The position numbers were made by a program, and so were the translations under genes. The notes under the pieces were generated by a model, which was not told where the DNA came from, made no database searches, and worked only from the letters and a program-made list of their open reading frames with translations. From assembly GCF_006345805.1 (NCBI RefSeq), contig NC_043004.1, positions 100,316,001 to 100,380,000 on the forward strand: a stretch of DNA of 64,000 nucleotides, in the 5' to 3' direction. Shown here in pieces: positions 25,378-39,690 of this stretch (position 1 is the stretch's first letter; each line of letters starts with the position of its first letter). The DNA is from Octopus sinensis. Its lineage: Eukaryota.

Positions 25378-26255
25378 CTGTAGCATGCTGTGCTTTTTGG
25401 GGACGCCATAAAGTTTCAGAATTCTCCATAGCGATTCTCTGTGAATACTATCGAAAGCCTTCTTGAAGTCGGTGTTGTTGACTACAAAACACTTTTTGAA
25501 CTCTCGGCATTGTTCAATAATATTGCGCAGTATAAATATCTGTTCAGCACACGATCTCCCACTTCTAAACCCAGCTTGTTCTTCATGGAAAAGTTTATCA
25601 GCTTCCGTCTTTAATCGGTTATGTATACTTTCTCTGGTACCGACAGCAGCATAATTCTGCGCTAGTTGTTACAATCCCTGGTACAATCTTCCTTTGGGAG
25701 TGAGACGATCATTTCAAGTCACCAATCACCAGGTATATTCTCCTTCTTCCAAATCTGGTTAAACAGGTAGGTGAACTCTTTAAAGATTATTCCTTTCCTT
25801 TGTTTGAGTATTTCAACCGAGATTTCCTCCAGTCCTGCTGCTTTATTGTTCTTCAAACTGTTTATGGCTTCGAACACCTCATGCTCTTCGATGTCGTTCC
25901 TTTGTACGTTCAGCTGAGCAATTTCTGGTTCCTAATCTAGGTCCAACAGGTCATCAGGTGGTGATTGGTTCAAAACCTCATGAAAGTGCTCGATCCATCT
26001 TTGACTCTGTGTTTCACTTGTTGTTAGGACAAAGCCTTCCTTAATCCTAAGTGGAACACTGCTCTCACTACGGGTTCTACTCAGTTCTCTAACTATCCAG
26101 TAGAGTGTCTTACTGTAGTTAGCGTCCGCTGTATTTTGTGCTTCTACTGCTTTATCTTCTACCCACTTTCTCTTATCTTTGTGACAGCTCTTTTTTTTAC
26201 GTGTTTGCCCAACTCTTTCTATTTTGCATCCTCTGTTCTCCATATTTTTTGTGTT
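25378..26255 (-). mobile_element. RTE-clade LINE fragment (decayed RT)
   Basis: QRWIEHFHEVLN, LKNNKAAG, EEQAGFRSGRSCAEQIFILRNIIEQ and DFKKAFDSIHRESLWRIL, interrupted by stops. Confidence 0.8.
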
Positions 26256-26335
26256 TTGGTTTGATATCTTATAACTTGACCTTTCTACCTTTTCTCCTCA
26301 CTCATTCTCCCCCTCTCTTTCTTTCTCTCTCTTTA

Positions 26336-26458
<123 letters not shown>

Positions 26459-26460
26459 AT

Positions 26461-26562
26461 AAATTAGAGATAAAACCACTATTAGGCAAATCAATTAATT
26501 TTATGTATTGGCTTATGTTTTTCACTGTTTGATTTGCCTAATAGTGGTTTTATCTCTAATTT
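26461..26562. repeat. 34-bp-arm perfect inverted repeat inside a (TA)n-flanked element
   Basis: AAATTAGAGATAAAACCACTATTAGGCAAATCAA (26461-26494) and its reverse complement at 26529-26562. Confidence 0.9.
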
Positions 26563-26652
26563 AATATAGTATAGTATAATATATTTATACTATAAAATTG
26601 GATTTAATCCTAAATCTAATTTTTCCCTGTAAGTTTGGATTTATTCCCTAAT

Positions 26653-26704
<52 letters not shown>

Positions 26705-27210
26705 ATATATATATACATGCATGAAAGTATATGCAAATGTGTCATTTACTAGTATTTATATATAGAAAGACGCAGAAATACATCTGTCCATATATGTCCT
26801 GCATTAGAGCGTTACACTAATTGTAGATACATATCCGTTTAACACACGTACGCATCTATTTTGATATGGTTTCCGTTGGTAGTAATTATGTGATCGATTT
26901 TATGCATTATTTTTATGTCTGAATAATGGTCTTTATACACAATCGCATAAATTTTGTGTAATTTTTTTTTTATGTGGTGAAAGTATCCATAGTCACTGAC
27001 ATACATGACAAAAAATAATCTCTTGAATGATTAAGTATAACCCCAATAACATAAATTCAAATTCAGACGGTGATATGTACCCCCTATCATATTAACTCTG
27101 TCCACCATACTCGATCCTATGATCGCATGCCAACGTTATTTCACTATGTGGATGAGACTATAAGGACCAATGATTGTGGAACTTCAATGTTCCTAACAAA
27201 CAGCGAAAGA

Positions 27211-27627
27211 ACTCTTTTACTCTTTTACTCCTTTACTTGTTTCAGTCATTTGACTGCGGCCATGCTGGAGCACCGCCTTTAGTCGAGCAAATCGACCCCG
27301 GTACTTATTCTTTGTAAGCCCAGTACTTATTCTATCGGTCTCTTTTTGCCGAACCGCTAAGTAACGGGGACGTAAACACACCAGCATCGGTTGTCAAGCA
27401 ATGCTAGGGGACAAACACACACACAAACACACACACATATATACATATATATATACATATATACGACAGGCTTCTTTCAGTTTCCATCTACCAAATCCAC
27501 TCACAAGGTATTGGTCGGCCCGGGGCTATAGCAGAAGACACTTGCCCAAGATGCCACGCAGTGGGACTGAACCCAGAACCATGTTGTTGGTTAGCAAGCT
27601 ACTTACCACACAGCCACTCCTGCGCCT
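27211..27627 (-). mobile_element. SINE family A, full length
   Basis: Colinear with 651-1066. Confidence 0.9.
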
Positions 27628-29112
27628 ATATGAAAATAAGAAAAAACATAAATCTTCAATACAATCACGTATTTGAATAGAAAACATGTGAAAAGTATGC
27701 AGTTTTTCAACCATAGAAATATGAAACTGCATGATAAAACGGCAAAACGCAGAAAAGTGAACGACAGAATTTCGAAAGAAATTGATCGGATGACAAGCTC
27801 CCACCGCAAAGAGGCATTTTGAAAACGTTCAAGCGGAAATTCTGCTGATAAAAAAAAAATATCGATAAATCACTAAGATTACGTTTATTTAACAATAAAC
27901 ATATTCAGTTCTTGATATTCTACAGGTATCGCTTTCTTGATGAATTTGACACAACAATGTAAATAAATTAAGTAAATAAGAAAACAAAGGATAATAGATT
28001 GATGTATAAACCCCTCCATCGCTCACGGCACACAGATACCCATTTAAGCCAGACTATATTACATTTCTTGGTCTTCGAAACCATCTTCTTTCCACTTACA
28101 TCAGAAATGTAAGGAAAAGAGAAACAGCGAAATCAAGTTACTATAGCAAATCCTACAATATCTGAAATATGAAACCATTATAACCATTGCCGATAAACCC
28201 CAAGACTTACATGTGGTGAATGTAATAAAAATACTTTCTCACACACAATAAACAAATGCTCAGTCCGAGATGTAACAAGTTCTTGAAGATTAAAAAAAAA
28301 CAAACATCACAAGATGTAAGTGTGATAAAGTAAAGATCTTCGAAATCTTGTATGAAGACGGATATTTTGCGACAGATGAGGATATACTCATCGATACAAA
28401 CAAAAGGATAAATTATTCAATGTGATGATAATATCTAGTTAAAAGTTAAGCTGAATATCCTCTCTATCTGGACCGGTTAAACTGCATAAACACAACGCCT
28501 TTTCTTACATAAAAGTATCTCAAATAAATAAACCAACACACAAACCACCGAGTAATAGGATAAGGTTTAAACAATACACTCTGAAACAAACATTTTAAGC
28601 TTAGGATTAAGCAAAACGAAGGATATATTCATTGTCTTCAGTTAAGGCGTAAAGATATGTTTACCAAAGTTCCATTAGCAGCAAGCATTAAAGAATGTAT
28701 TCAAATCTCGAAGAATGAAACTGTTTACAATGTCAACTGGTCTAATAATTTAATTATAGGTATCTCTTAAAAGAAGTAGCATTTCTGTGTGAACCAAACA
28801 AAATCTAGAGGCAAAAGAGAGGAGTACCGGGTTTTTCTTGGGACCCACAGCTTTGGTGAACTAGTAGACCATATTCGAGAAGAGATAGTTACAATGAGAT
28901 AAATAAGGGTACACTGGGTAGACGAAAGATTCACAGTAAAGGAGGGCGTATAAATCTACCAATTAAAAATTCAGACCCTGTCACGTATACCTTAATATGA
29001 AGAAGCAGCAGTACAAAATAGCTTTATTCTTTGTATATGAAACTGAAGAGCTGAAAGGTTGGCCATTGATTTAGAAATTTTACTCTTCTAAATAAATTAC
29101 AAAGAATTAAAA

Positions 29113-29909
29113 TACAGTAGAACCTCGCAGTATGAGTGCACTGTTGTACGAGTAATTTGCTGTACGAGCCGAGACTCGCGCGAATTTTTGTCTCGAAGTA
29201 CGAGCGGAAATCCGCAGTACGAGCACACGAATCGTCCCATCTTTATAGTAATTCAATTAATAAAACCAGTTTACATATTTCTTTTGAATTCTTTTTTTAT
29301 TTTTCTGTAATTGTTATTTTGTTGAGGCGCAATGGCCTAGTGGTTAGGGCTGCGGACTCTCGGTCGTAGGATCGCGGCTTCGATTCCCAGACCGGGCGTT
29401 GTGAGTGTTTATTGAGCGAAAACACCTAAAGCTCCACGAGGCTCCGGCAGGGGATGGTGGTGATCCCTGCTGTACTCTTTCACCACAACTTTCTCTCACT
29501 CTTACTTCCTGTTTCTGTTGTACCTGCATTTCAAAGGACCGGCCTTGTCACTCTCTGTGCCACGCTGAATATCCCCGAGAACTACGTTAAGGGTACACGT
29601 GTCTGTGGAGTGCTCAGCCACTTACACGTTAATTTCACGAGCAGGCTGTTCCGTTGATCGGATCAACCGGAACCCTCGTCGTCGTAACCAACAGAGTGCT
29701 TCCATCCCAATTGTCATTTTATTTGTAACTACTCATTTTCTGTTTTAAAACTCATAAAAAATTATTTTTGAGTGATTTTGCGGGGACTGGGACGGATTAA
29801 TTATACTTTAGCTAATTTCAATGGGGAAAACTGATTTGGAAAACGAGTAAATCATAAGACAAGCTCGGTCATGGAACGAATTAAACTCGTATTTCGAAGT
29901 ATTAATGTA
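29113..29909. mobile_element. pogo/Tigger-like MITE interrupted by a SINE
   Basis: TA-CAGTAGAACCTCG left end, degenerate CGAAGTATTAATG-TA right end, and repeated TACGAG subterminal motifs. Confidence 0.5.
29324..29708 (+). mobile_element. SINE family C, tail type 2
   Basis: Same tRNA head and body as 17150 for about 170 bp, then a different tail. Imperfect TSD AATTGTTATTTTGTT / AATTGTCATTTTATT. Confidence 0.85.
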
Positions 29910-30078
29910 TGAATAAATATTGATATAAAAAGAAAAAGTAGAACAAAGTGCATGGATGAAAATAAACGTGTGTATATGTGAGCATGCCTGTTAGCGTGGA
30001 GTTTGTATGCATTGTTTCAATAGTTAGACTTTATATTAAACTCGCTAAACACACAAATGCACATACATGCATACAGGG

Positions 30079-30120
<42 letters not shown>

Positions 30121-30759
30121 AGAGAAATATGGAGAGGAATAAAGATACATAAAAACAGGAGAGATAGAGAATGAGAAACACGTACAACAGGAAAAAATAA
30201 AGTGAGTAACAAATCTAACAGATCACTGTTAGGTGAAGTTCTTTCAGATAGGAATGGTGAAAGAGATACATGCATGGAGAAGCGTGTTGGCTAGTCAAAA
30301 CAGATAACAATTTACTATTATTGGCACTAATTCTTCGGTTCAGCAAACAAATTAGCTACTTTGCAGAATTCTTCCTGTTTATGTCAATAAGATTTCTTTT
30401 CGCAAAATTGTTGTTTCATTTTGCACTGCATACAATTAAGGGGGTGTCATCGTAGTATGAAATTGTGTAGAATATTACATGCAGATCTGTTTATAAAAGT
30501 GCAATAAGATTTATTTGATTATTTGCTAAAATAGAAGAGTGTATCGTGGTGTATTTTTAATGTTTCCTTATATATGCGTACGTCTATTTGCATGTGCGTG
30601 CATATGTGTGCGTGTTTCTGCATGGGTGTTTGCGTGTGTGTGTGTTTTCCTGTGCGAAAAAGAACAAGAATGTGTCTATGTATAATCATACACATATACA
30701 GGTATATGTGTGTCTGTGTATGTGTGTGCGCATGTGTTTATAAAGAGGAATATTTCATA

Positions 30760-30978
30760 TACGACGTGTTACTGAAAAGTTCCTGGTTTGGGATAAAACA
30801 AGAAAAGGAGGATCAGTTAATTATGATTTTATGCAACATATTCCCCACTCTGATACACCTATTTATTGCAGCAGTTCTTCAGTTTTTCTAAGCTCTGTAA
30901 AAGAATTGGGAAGTTTGGGCCTCCGATCAGGCCTTTCGCGAAACCCTTAAAGCCAGAAACTTTTCAGCACATCTGGTA
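30760..30978 (-). mobile_element. mariner-derived MITE
   Basis: TIRs TACGACGTGTTACTGAAAAGTTCCTGG / CCAGAAACTTTTCAGCACATCTGGTA. The minus strand retains a decayed transposase C-terminus (EKLKNCCNK...GEYVA-stop). Confidence 0.65.
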
Positions 30979-31082
30979 TATGTATTTTCTTTTCTTGTTT
31001 ATTTATTTCTTCTTTCCTCACCTATTCCTTTTGACCATTCCCCTCCTTTTAACATACACATTTTTGTGGGAAGGTACAATTT

Positions 31083-31875
31083 GATTAAATCGATCCCAGA
31101 GCTTCACTGCTATTTATTTCATCGATCTCGTATAGATTAAATTCAATTTCAACCTCGGCGGAATTTGATCTCAGAACGTAGAGAGGGACGAAATGACGCT
31201 ACGTATTTTGTGCGGAGTACTTAACGTTTCCACCACCTAACTGCCTCACTCTCACATGATAAGGATTTGAAATTTTGGCACAAGGTTATCAGTTTCGGAG
31301 GAAGTGTAAATCAATTATATCAACCCCAGTATTCAAGTGGTACTTACTTCATCGACCTCAAAATTATTGAATGCAAAGTCAACCTCGGCGGAATTTGATG
31401 ACAAAATACCGATAAGTATTTTATCTGGCGTGATAACAATTCCGCTAGGCCGCCGCCTTACCCTCAGAAAATCCTTTCTACTATACGCACAAGGCCTGAA
31501 ATTTTGGGGAAGGGGTGAAACTGGTACTTATTCCATCGTCCCTGAAAGTATGACAGGCAAAGTCGACCTCGGCGGAATTTGAACTCAACGTAAAGAAGGA
31601 CGAAATGCTGACCAGTATTTTGTCCGACGTGCTAACGATACCTATTTCTTTACTACCCACAAGGGGCTAAACACAGAGAGGACAAACAAGGACAGACAAA
31701 CGGATTAAGTCGATTATATCGACCCCAGTGCGTAACTGGTACATATTTAATCGACCCCGAAAGGATGAAAGGCAAAGTCGACTTCGGCGGAATGTGAACT
31801 CAGAACGTAGCGGCAGACGAAATACCGCAAAGCACTTCCCCCGGCGTGCTAACGATTCCGCTAGCTCAACGCCTC
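31083..31875 (-). mobile_element. Four head-to-tail SINE family B copies
   Basis: CCTCGGCGGAATTTGA-type core at about 31152, 31383, 31568 and 31783, all in the same orientation. Confidence 0.8.
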
Positions 31876-32835
31876 TCCGTTAGTTAATAATAGGCGAAAA
31901 TACATACGTTCGTTGTATAAAGAATTACGTACCAAGTCAGATAGACATAAATTTGAACTCTCGAACGTGTGGCTCAAGATTAAATACAGTAAATTTCTTA
32001 AGCGATCAGTTGGTCATTTAACCAACAGCGCCACACCTATCTCCCGCGGTTCTGTTAGTGGTATACAATAGAAGGACTATTTCCGGAAAACATTCTGTAA
32101 AGACTCAATGTTTAATAGCCATTTCATTTCATTCTAAATCTTTTCCTTTCTCTTTCCTTCCAAATCGCTTTTACCAATTTGGTAAAAGTTTCAGCTTCCG
32201 CCAGTTTCCCCACTTCCATTCGAAGCATACACAGTACAACAACAACAACAACAACAACACAGTAAGAAATATACACCATCACCGGCATCACCGTCTCCCC
32301 TTCTAGCTTCATTACATCAAGGAATATTTACCCCCCCCACACACACACACACCGCCACTCCACCTCCTACGAATGTTACTATTACTACAGTTACCATCAA
32401 ATTTTGTTGTTGTTGTTATTTACGCTGTTATATCGTTTTGCCTTCATTATCATCATCAGCATATACACTCTTCAATATTCTCCCGTTTTCTTATATATTA
32501 TCCCTGCTTCTTCTTCTTTTTCTTCTTCTTCTTCTTCTTGTTTATCATTATTATTAACCATCATCGTCACCTCTCCACCCTATCTTCTCCTTTCACGTAA
32601 CTATTTAAATAAATCAGCTATTAACGTTGCTCTTTATTTCTCTCTTTCTCTGTCTCTCTCTCTCTTACGCTCTCTCTCCCATACACACACATATATATAT
32701 ATATAAATATACACACACACACACACACACCTATATATATATATATATACATATATATACACAGATATATATATATGCATATATATATACATATATATAC
32801 ACAGATATATATATATATATGCATATATATATATG

Positions 32836-32884
<49 letters not shown>

Positions 32885-33032
32885 GTGCGTGTGTGTGTCT
32901 ATACATACGTATATCTATATGAATGTATGTTTATATATACATATATATGCATATGTATACGTATGTCTGTATGTATCTGCGTATATATATATATATATAA
33001 TATATACATACATACATACATACATACATACA

Positions 33033-33063
<31 letters not shown>

Positions 33064-33567
33064 CATACACACTAATTATCTCAGTCTTACTTTTCTCCTT
33101 CTTTCTTTCCGTCCTGCCACATTTTTCCTTCCTCTCCACCTCACTCTGTGAAATTTCTTTGATTGTCCCTTTCGCCAGAACCGGAAATTCAATTCTAGCC
33201 CAGCAGAATGATAAGCACTTAATTTAGTTCTCCAAACTTGTCTTTGTAATATTCATTCTAAAAGAACGCCGCTAAAACTTCAACACTTTGGTTCTTTCTA
33301 CTTTATTTTATTTATTTTTGTTCTTTTCTTTTGCCTCCTTCCTTCCTTTCTTTCCTTCTTTCCTTCTTTCTTTCTTTCTTTAAATCTTTCTTTCCTTCTT
33401 TTTTTTTTTTGGCTACATATAAACCATTATAACAACCGACCAAACGGAAGATAGATTCATAAAGCGTCTCCAAATTCTTTGATTCCAATAACATCCATTT
33501 ACACGTAGAATTTGACTATACTTTCTCAAAGACTCGCTTTTCTTCCGTCTATCACTCTTCATATACA

Positions 33568-33599
<32 letters not shown>

Positions 33600-33844
33600 A
33601 ATATGTGTATGTGTGTGTGTGTGTGTGTGTGTAGGTATGCATATACATAAGTGTATATATATATATATATAATACAGACACACAGGCACACACACACTTA
33701 TATATATACACAAATACATATACACATATGTACAAGCATATTTTCTTCCTCGCTCATTATCTTCTCGCTTTCTCTTTCTCTATCTCGGTGCGTGTGTGTG
33801 TTTGTTTTCCTGCCTACGCATATACATACACACATATATATATG

Positions 33845-33913
<69 letters not shown>

Positions 33914-34113
33914 GTATATATATATATATCATATATATGCATGTGTATTCGTTTGTATATCTGGAGTTTATCAACCTTTCTATATGTCAGTCTATCTGTC
34001 TATCTATCTATCTATATCTATCAATTTATCTCTGTGTGTGTGTGTGTGTGTGTGTGTATCCATATATTTAACCCGTTTTCTCTTCTCGTACAAATAATTG
34101 CAGCATGTGACGT

Positions 34114-34241
34114 CTACAAGTCTTTAACAAACGCCAACAGGTTGAAGTCTTCGTCAAATTGGCTACAGTTGTTCTTGGTTTTGTTCTTGCAGTTATTCTG
34201 GTTGTTGATGAGGTTGTAGTCGGTATTGTTGTCGCCGACGT
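34114..34241 (-). CDS. Candidate terminal coding exon of an unidentified host gene
   Basis: Acceptor CTGTGTGTTTCAG, then phase-1 frame (x)VGDNNTDYNLINNQNNCKNKTKNNCSQFDEDFNLLAFVKDL-TAG with strong C-ending codon bias, in non-repetitive sequence. Confidence 0.55.
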
Positions 34242-35118
34242 CTGAAACACACAGGATATATCATTGACCGTAAACAGAACACGTCCGTCTTTGGCACTTT
34301 CAGCGAATGAGAAATGGCTGTAGGACCGTCCTTAGAATACCCACATATATACATTTAAACGCATGCACACTCATATATACATACGTTCATACATTAATTC
34401 ACATATCCTCTGACACATAATTATTGAAATTCTCGTGTGTATGCATATGTGTGTTGTTCTGTTATTACACATAATATCCTACTCACTCAAACAGGCGTAC
34501 ATACATATACATGTATGTGGGTATATCGATAAAACGTACATACCTATACACATATGAGTGAATATATTTATCTATCTGTCTATTCATCTATCTATATGAA
34601 TGTATGTCTGTATGTATGAACATATGTATGTATATTTAAATGTATGTAATTGTGAATATATGTGAATCAGTGTGTGTGTGTAACACGGGCACCGCATGAA
34701 AGCTATCGCTGATGAAATCCTGTATTATATAATTTTAAAGAGACCACCTAGCTATATTTTACATATTACCTGACATATCTACGTATTTATCATTGTCGTT
34801 AAATTATCCTTCTTTCCATGTGATCTCTCTCTCTCTCTCTCTTCTTTCTTGCTTTCTTTAGCCCTGTTCTTGTATTCCCCAAATACCACATTTCTTATCT
34901 ATCCTCGCTTTCTTCCCTGCCTTCTCTCTCTCTCATTCTCCCTCTCACTTTTTCGCTCCCTTTCTGCCCGTCTCTTTCTTCCTCGCTCTCTCTCTCTCTC
35001 CCTCTTCCTCTCTCCTTTATGTAATTTATATTGTCTTCCTTTGTTTTCATTCTTTTTCTTCTAAAGATACTTAGTTCCCTTCTATCATTTCATTTGTACT
35101 CAATTTATTGTATCACTA

Positions 35119-35149
<31 letters not shown>

Positions 35150-35577
35150 ATGTCTCTATCCACTTTTATTCACATTTTCACCTTCTCAGTCTTCTCAATT
35201 TCATTATTCCCTCCCTTTGTACGCTCTTCTTTACATTCACGCTCATTTCTTTTCCTCCCTATCTCCGTTCCTGTTTCGACCTCTCTACAAATTTTTCCCC
35301 TTTAAACAGATCTACCACCTATTTTATACCGAAAGCTTCTTTATTTCTGCCGTTAAATGGAGTAAACACGATCAAGATTTCGTCCCTCGGGACAGTCTAC
35401 GGTCTGCTGCTGTGTTCGGACTCTTCAGATTGGTGACCAAATAAATATTAATGTCAATGAGTTACAAGCAACTGAGTAGAGCAAAGCTGAGTGTGCGATA
35501 TAATCAGAAACCATGATCCGTGTGACAGGAGTATACTCTCTTACGGCAATAGTTTATTGAAGCTTTGAGTGTTTATG

Positions 35578-35642
<65 letters not shown>

Positions 35643-36159
35643 TTGTCGGCGTTGCTCACGTGCTTTTAGCGGAGTTTGCTGTTATACGAAATATCTTTAA
35701 ATATTTACTCCTTGCACATTTCTGTTATCTCAGATAATAGATACAAACAATCTGATCACCTCCACCTCCTTCCACTTCTCAAACATGCGAAGATTTCTCT
35801 CCAGCCTCCAAGATCTCTTTCAAGCCAACCACATACCGTGTTTCTCTCTCTCTGAGATGCAACTTTCTAAACTTATACCTAGAACCCAACTCCGTAGTCA
35901 TTGATACGTTCTCTACTTAAATTGCTTTCCCAAAATGGTTGTCTTTGCATGCATTGACTCCACACCACTGTCCCTCAATTTGATTACAGCATTAACAATT
36001 CCCAGTTCCTCTGGGTCCAAATAGTACTCTCTCAATAGTACTCTATCAAAAATTTCACCTCTGACATCCGTATATCTTTCATTTCTATCAGATAGCGCTG
36101 TAATTGCATATGTTAACTCTGGTGTTAACATAATGGCATATGTTAACGTTGGTGTTCCA

Positions 36160-36560
36160 ACTCTAGTGTTCCTCTGTATCTTGTTTATTACCCTTCTTAC
36201 TTTCTATTCACCAATATGATTCCTACTTTCCGCCGCATCTTAGAACACCCAGTTTTACACAGATGATAAGAGGCTTCATTCCAACCATCCTTCGTCCACG
36301 GGCAATCTAGCCAATACATCACAATCCAGCACTGATTCCAATAACAGACATCTTGAAAGCGTCATTCAGAGCTGCCTTGCAAATTTTGCATCTTTAGCAG
36401 CTAAAATATAATATCAATACAACCCCATCACTAAATTGTTACTCCATTAAACCCCTTATGTTCAATCCAAATTCTAAGATTTTCACTCAACAACAAACTC
36501 TCCTAGATAATGCGCATCCTGAGACTGCATTCCAAAGAGCGATAATTCTCTTCAAGATGA
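36160..36560 (+). pseudogene. Possible ancient L2/CR1 RT relic
   Basis: Degenerate VP...FLFTN-IP followed by FYTDDKRL (YADD-like spacing), with multiple frameshifts. Confidence 0.3.
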
Positions 36561-37284
36561 GAACATATTTTATCAACCAATAAAATTATGCCCCAATATA
36601 CTCCATCCTTTATCCCCTAGAAGGTGCTCTTCCCGCTCATTGCTATTTCTTTCGGTGCTAACCAATAAAGTAGCCCCTGGTTCATGTGTGCTTCTGTATG
36701 CATGTTTGAAGTGGAGTTGAAAAATTGCTGCAACCATATTCTGTTGATCTGACGAGCGAGACCTCTATACCTGCATTCGTTTATAAAATGTACAACAGCA
36801 CTATGTTACTTATAGCATACACACCAGTGGACACATGTAAAATAATTTATATTTGCATAATGTTGGCTGCAAAACGGCCGTCATTCTATGGATAACAGCT
36901 GGTGAAATAAATATATTCAGTTCATAATTCCTGGTTTTCTTTATATTCTATATGCTCCTCGTGTAATAATCCTCACTGATTATATTTAGTGGATTTCAAC
37001 TACATGGGACTCTACATTACAATCCTACACATGTGGTTTGTAGCCTGGTTCACTAAATGAGCATTTTTGTGATTAAGACTGGACGAAATAAATATATATA
37101 TATTATGCATTATATATATATTACATGTACATAATAATATTGGTGGCGATGGAAAGCATGAACCGTGCAGACAAGTTTATGAAAATATATACATTTTAAT
37201 TTGGGTGCTGTAAAGCACCAGCTTTGCTAAATACAGGAGTCAAAGGAACCCCTAAGCCATGTACACCGCACTTAAAACAAGCAT

Positions 37285-37503
37285 ATCTTGGTTTCAAATT
37301 TTGGTACAAGACAAGTAATTTCGGATGAGAGAGTAAGTCAATTACATCAACCCCAGTACTCAACTGGTACTTATTTTATCAACCCCGAAAGAATGAAAAG
37401 CAATATGGATCTTGGTGGTATTTGAACTCAGAACACGAGGACAGATGAAATACCGCTAAGCATTCCACCCGGCATGCAAGTGATTCTTCCAGCTCGCCGC
37501 CTT
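37285..37503 (-). mobile_element. SINE family B, diverged
   Basis: Colinear with 14224-14456 core; ends GCTCGCCGCCTT on the plus strand. Confidence 0.75.
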
Positions 37504-38025
37504 AAAAAATATATATATCTGGTGTGTTTTTATGTTTAGTTATAATAAAATGAGTTTCCCATTAATCTGATGGCATATCTATACTTTTATAGAATACAAA
37601 TGGTTTATTCTTAAGCAAGAATATTATAGAGACAGTACTTCGAAATTTCGACCAGTTAAGCAATTGCTGGAATGCGATTAATTGAAGTTAATCTTGAATT
37701 AATCTAGTCTCTCTCAATTGAGTTAAAAGTCTACTTTGGATATGTGGTCGTGAGTGAAGAGGTAATTAAGTTGTAAGGTGAGCTGTGATAGAGAGGTGTT
37801 TTGAAAAACAGTTTCATTGGTGAAATTTGTGGTGGTGTTGGTGTTTACAGTTTATCCCTGTACTTAAAACGTTGTAAAAAGGATTGTATGTTGAGAATTG
37901 TACCCTTCGGGTCATGAGATTGTTTGTTAGTGGTTCACAAAAGAGCGTAAGGAGGTGGTATTGTTCTATCTGGTCTCTATCATTTTCTACACATACATAC
38001 ACACATACATACATACATACATACA

Positions 38026-38059
<34 letters not shown>

Positions 38060-39510
38060 CATACATACATACATACATAGTGAGAAAGTGGAGTGAGTCA
38101 ATGAGATGTTATACTTAAGCAAATTATCTTCTGTAAATATTCCCAAATGGTGAGAGTGTTTTGATTTTGATTTTCTGTCTTCGACACATCTGCGTATATA
38201 AATTCGCCTTTACTGAGGCTTCAATTCCAGAAACATTTTCATTAAAACCAAGTGATTGGGCATCTTCTCTATGGAAGCTTGACCTACTGTATATACATCT
38301 CAGCCAAATCTCTCCCTCAGATAACACCTTTGAAACTGAAAGTCACTTAGTTCACGTAGTTCTAGATATAAACATATCGGGAAAGATGTACCCTTTCATG
38401 TAAATATGGTGATTAGATTTTCAGTTTGTTGCCAGTTTTTTTTTTTTTTATATAAGTGATTTATTGTGGGGTTTCTTTTTCCATATTATTGCACGCATAC
38501 ACTTGCGCACATAGCTTCAATATATATAGCAAAACTCTGTTTTATCCCTGTTGGCCTGATTTAGTGGGGAAAATAATTTCTGGTTTCATTCGTGTTTCTA
38601 TATGATATATTACCTTGCTTTTATTCTCATCTTTTCACAGCTTTCGTATTTAAACAGTTTGTTTGCCTTAAAACGCTGGTCATAACCTGCGAACTAAGGT
38701 CTTAAGGTTAACTGTCGAGTGTTTTTTTCTCTCTCTCTCTGTCTGTTCTAAGCAAAGCAGACTCTTGGAAAAGCTCCAAGCTCATGTCCAATGCCAACCT
38801 TCTTTAAACTCTTAGAAAATATTGCTAAACATTTTTCTTTTTTATGTTCGAATTATAACTAATTTCTAAATCTTTTTAGTGACCAGATATTTTACTCTTC
38901 CATTCTAAACCTCATTGTATTTTCCACATTTTATTTCATTTTCTGTTGTGTTCTTAGACTTAGATCTACTACCATGCCTTTATCCATTCTCTCCCATCGT
39001 GACCTCAAAAGTCAGGACGTCTGTTTTCAATAACATGATCATTTTGGATGTTAAATTCTCTGAATTACTTAACATTATCATGATCTTGGCTAATACTTTT
39101 CCATGGTTGTCTTCATATTACCTTCCTCTCTCTATCTCTTTCCCTCTCTCCCTCTCTCTCTCTCTCTCTTCTTCTTCTTCTTCTTTCTACCTCTTCTCCT
39201 TATTTCTTTCTCTCTATCTGTCACTATCTCTCTCGCTATTTCCCTTGCTGGCCGATATCCGATTCTTTCTTAATGAACAAATTCCAGCAACATTAATATA
39301 GTGGCATTTCTACACATTTTAAGCTTGTTTGGTGTAGGAAACACACTCTCTTTTCTGTTCTTCTCGCTTATAATTCTTAATTTATACATCAAATACAGCT
39401 GCGACGAAATTATTATTCTTGTTATTATTTTTGTTGTTGTTATTACTGACGTTCTACGTGCTGTTGTTGTTATTTTATTGCAGTTGATCGTGCTGTTGTA
39501 GTTATTATTA

Positions 39511-39547
<37 letters not shown>

Positions 39548-39603
39548 GATTATTATTATTATTATTATTATATTATTATTATTATCATCATCATCATCAT
39601 TAC

Positions 39604-39639
<36 letters not shown>

Positions 39640-39644
39640 CATCG

Positions 39645-39690
<46 letters not shown>

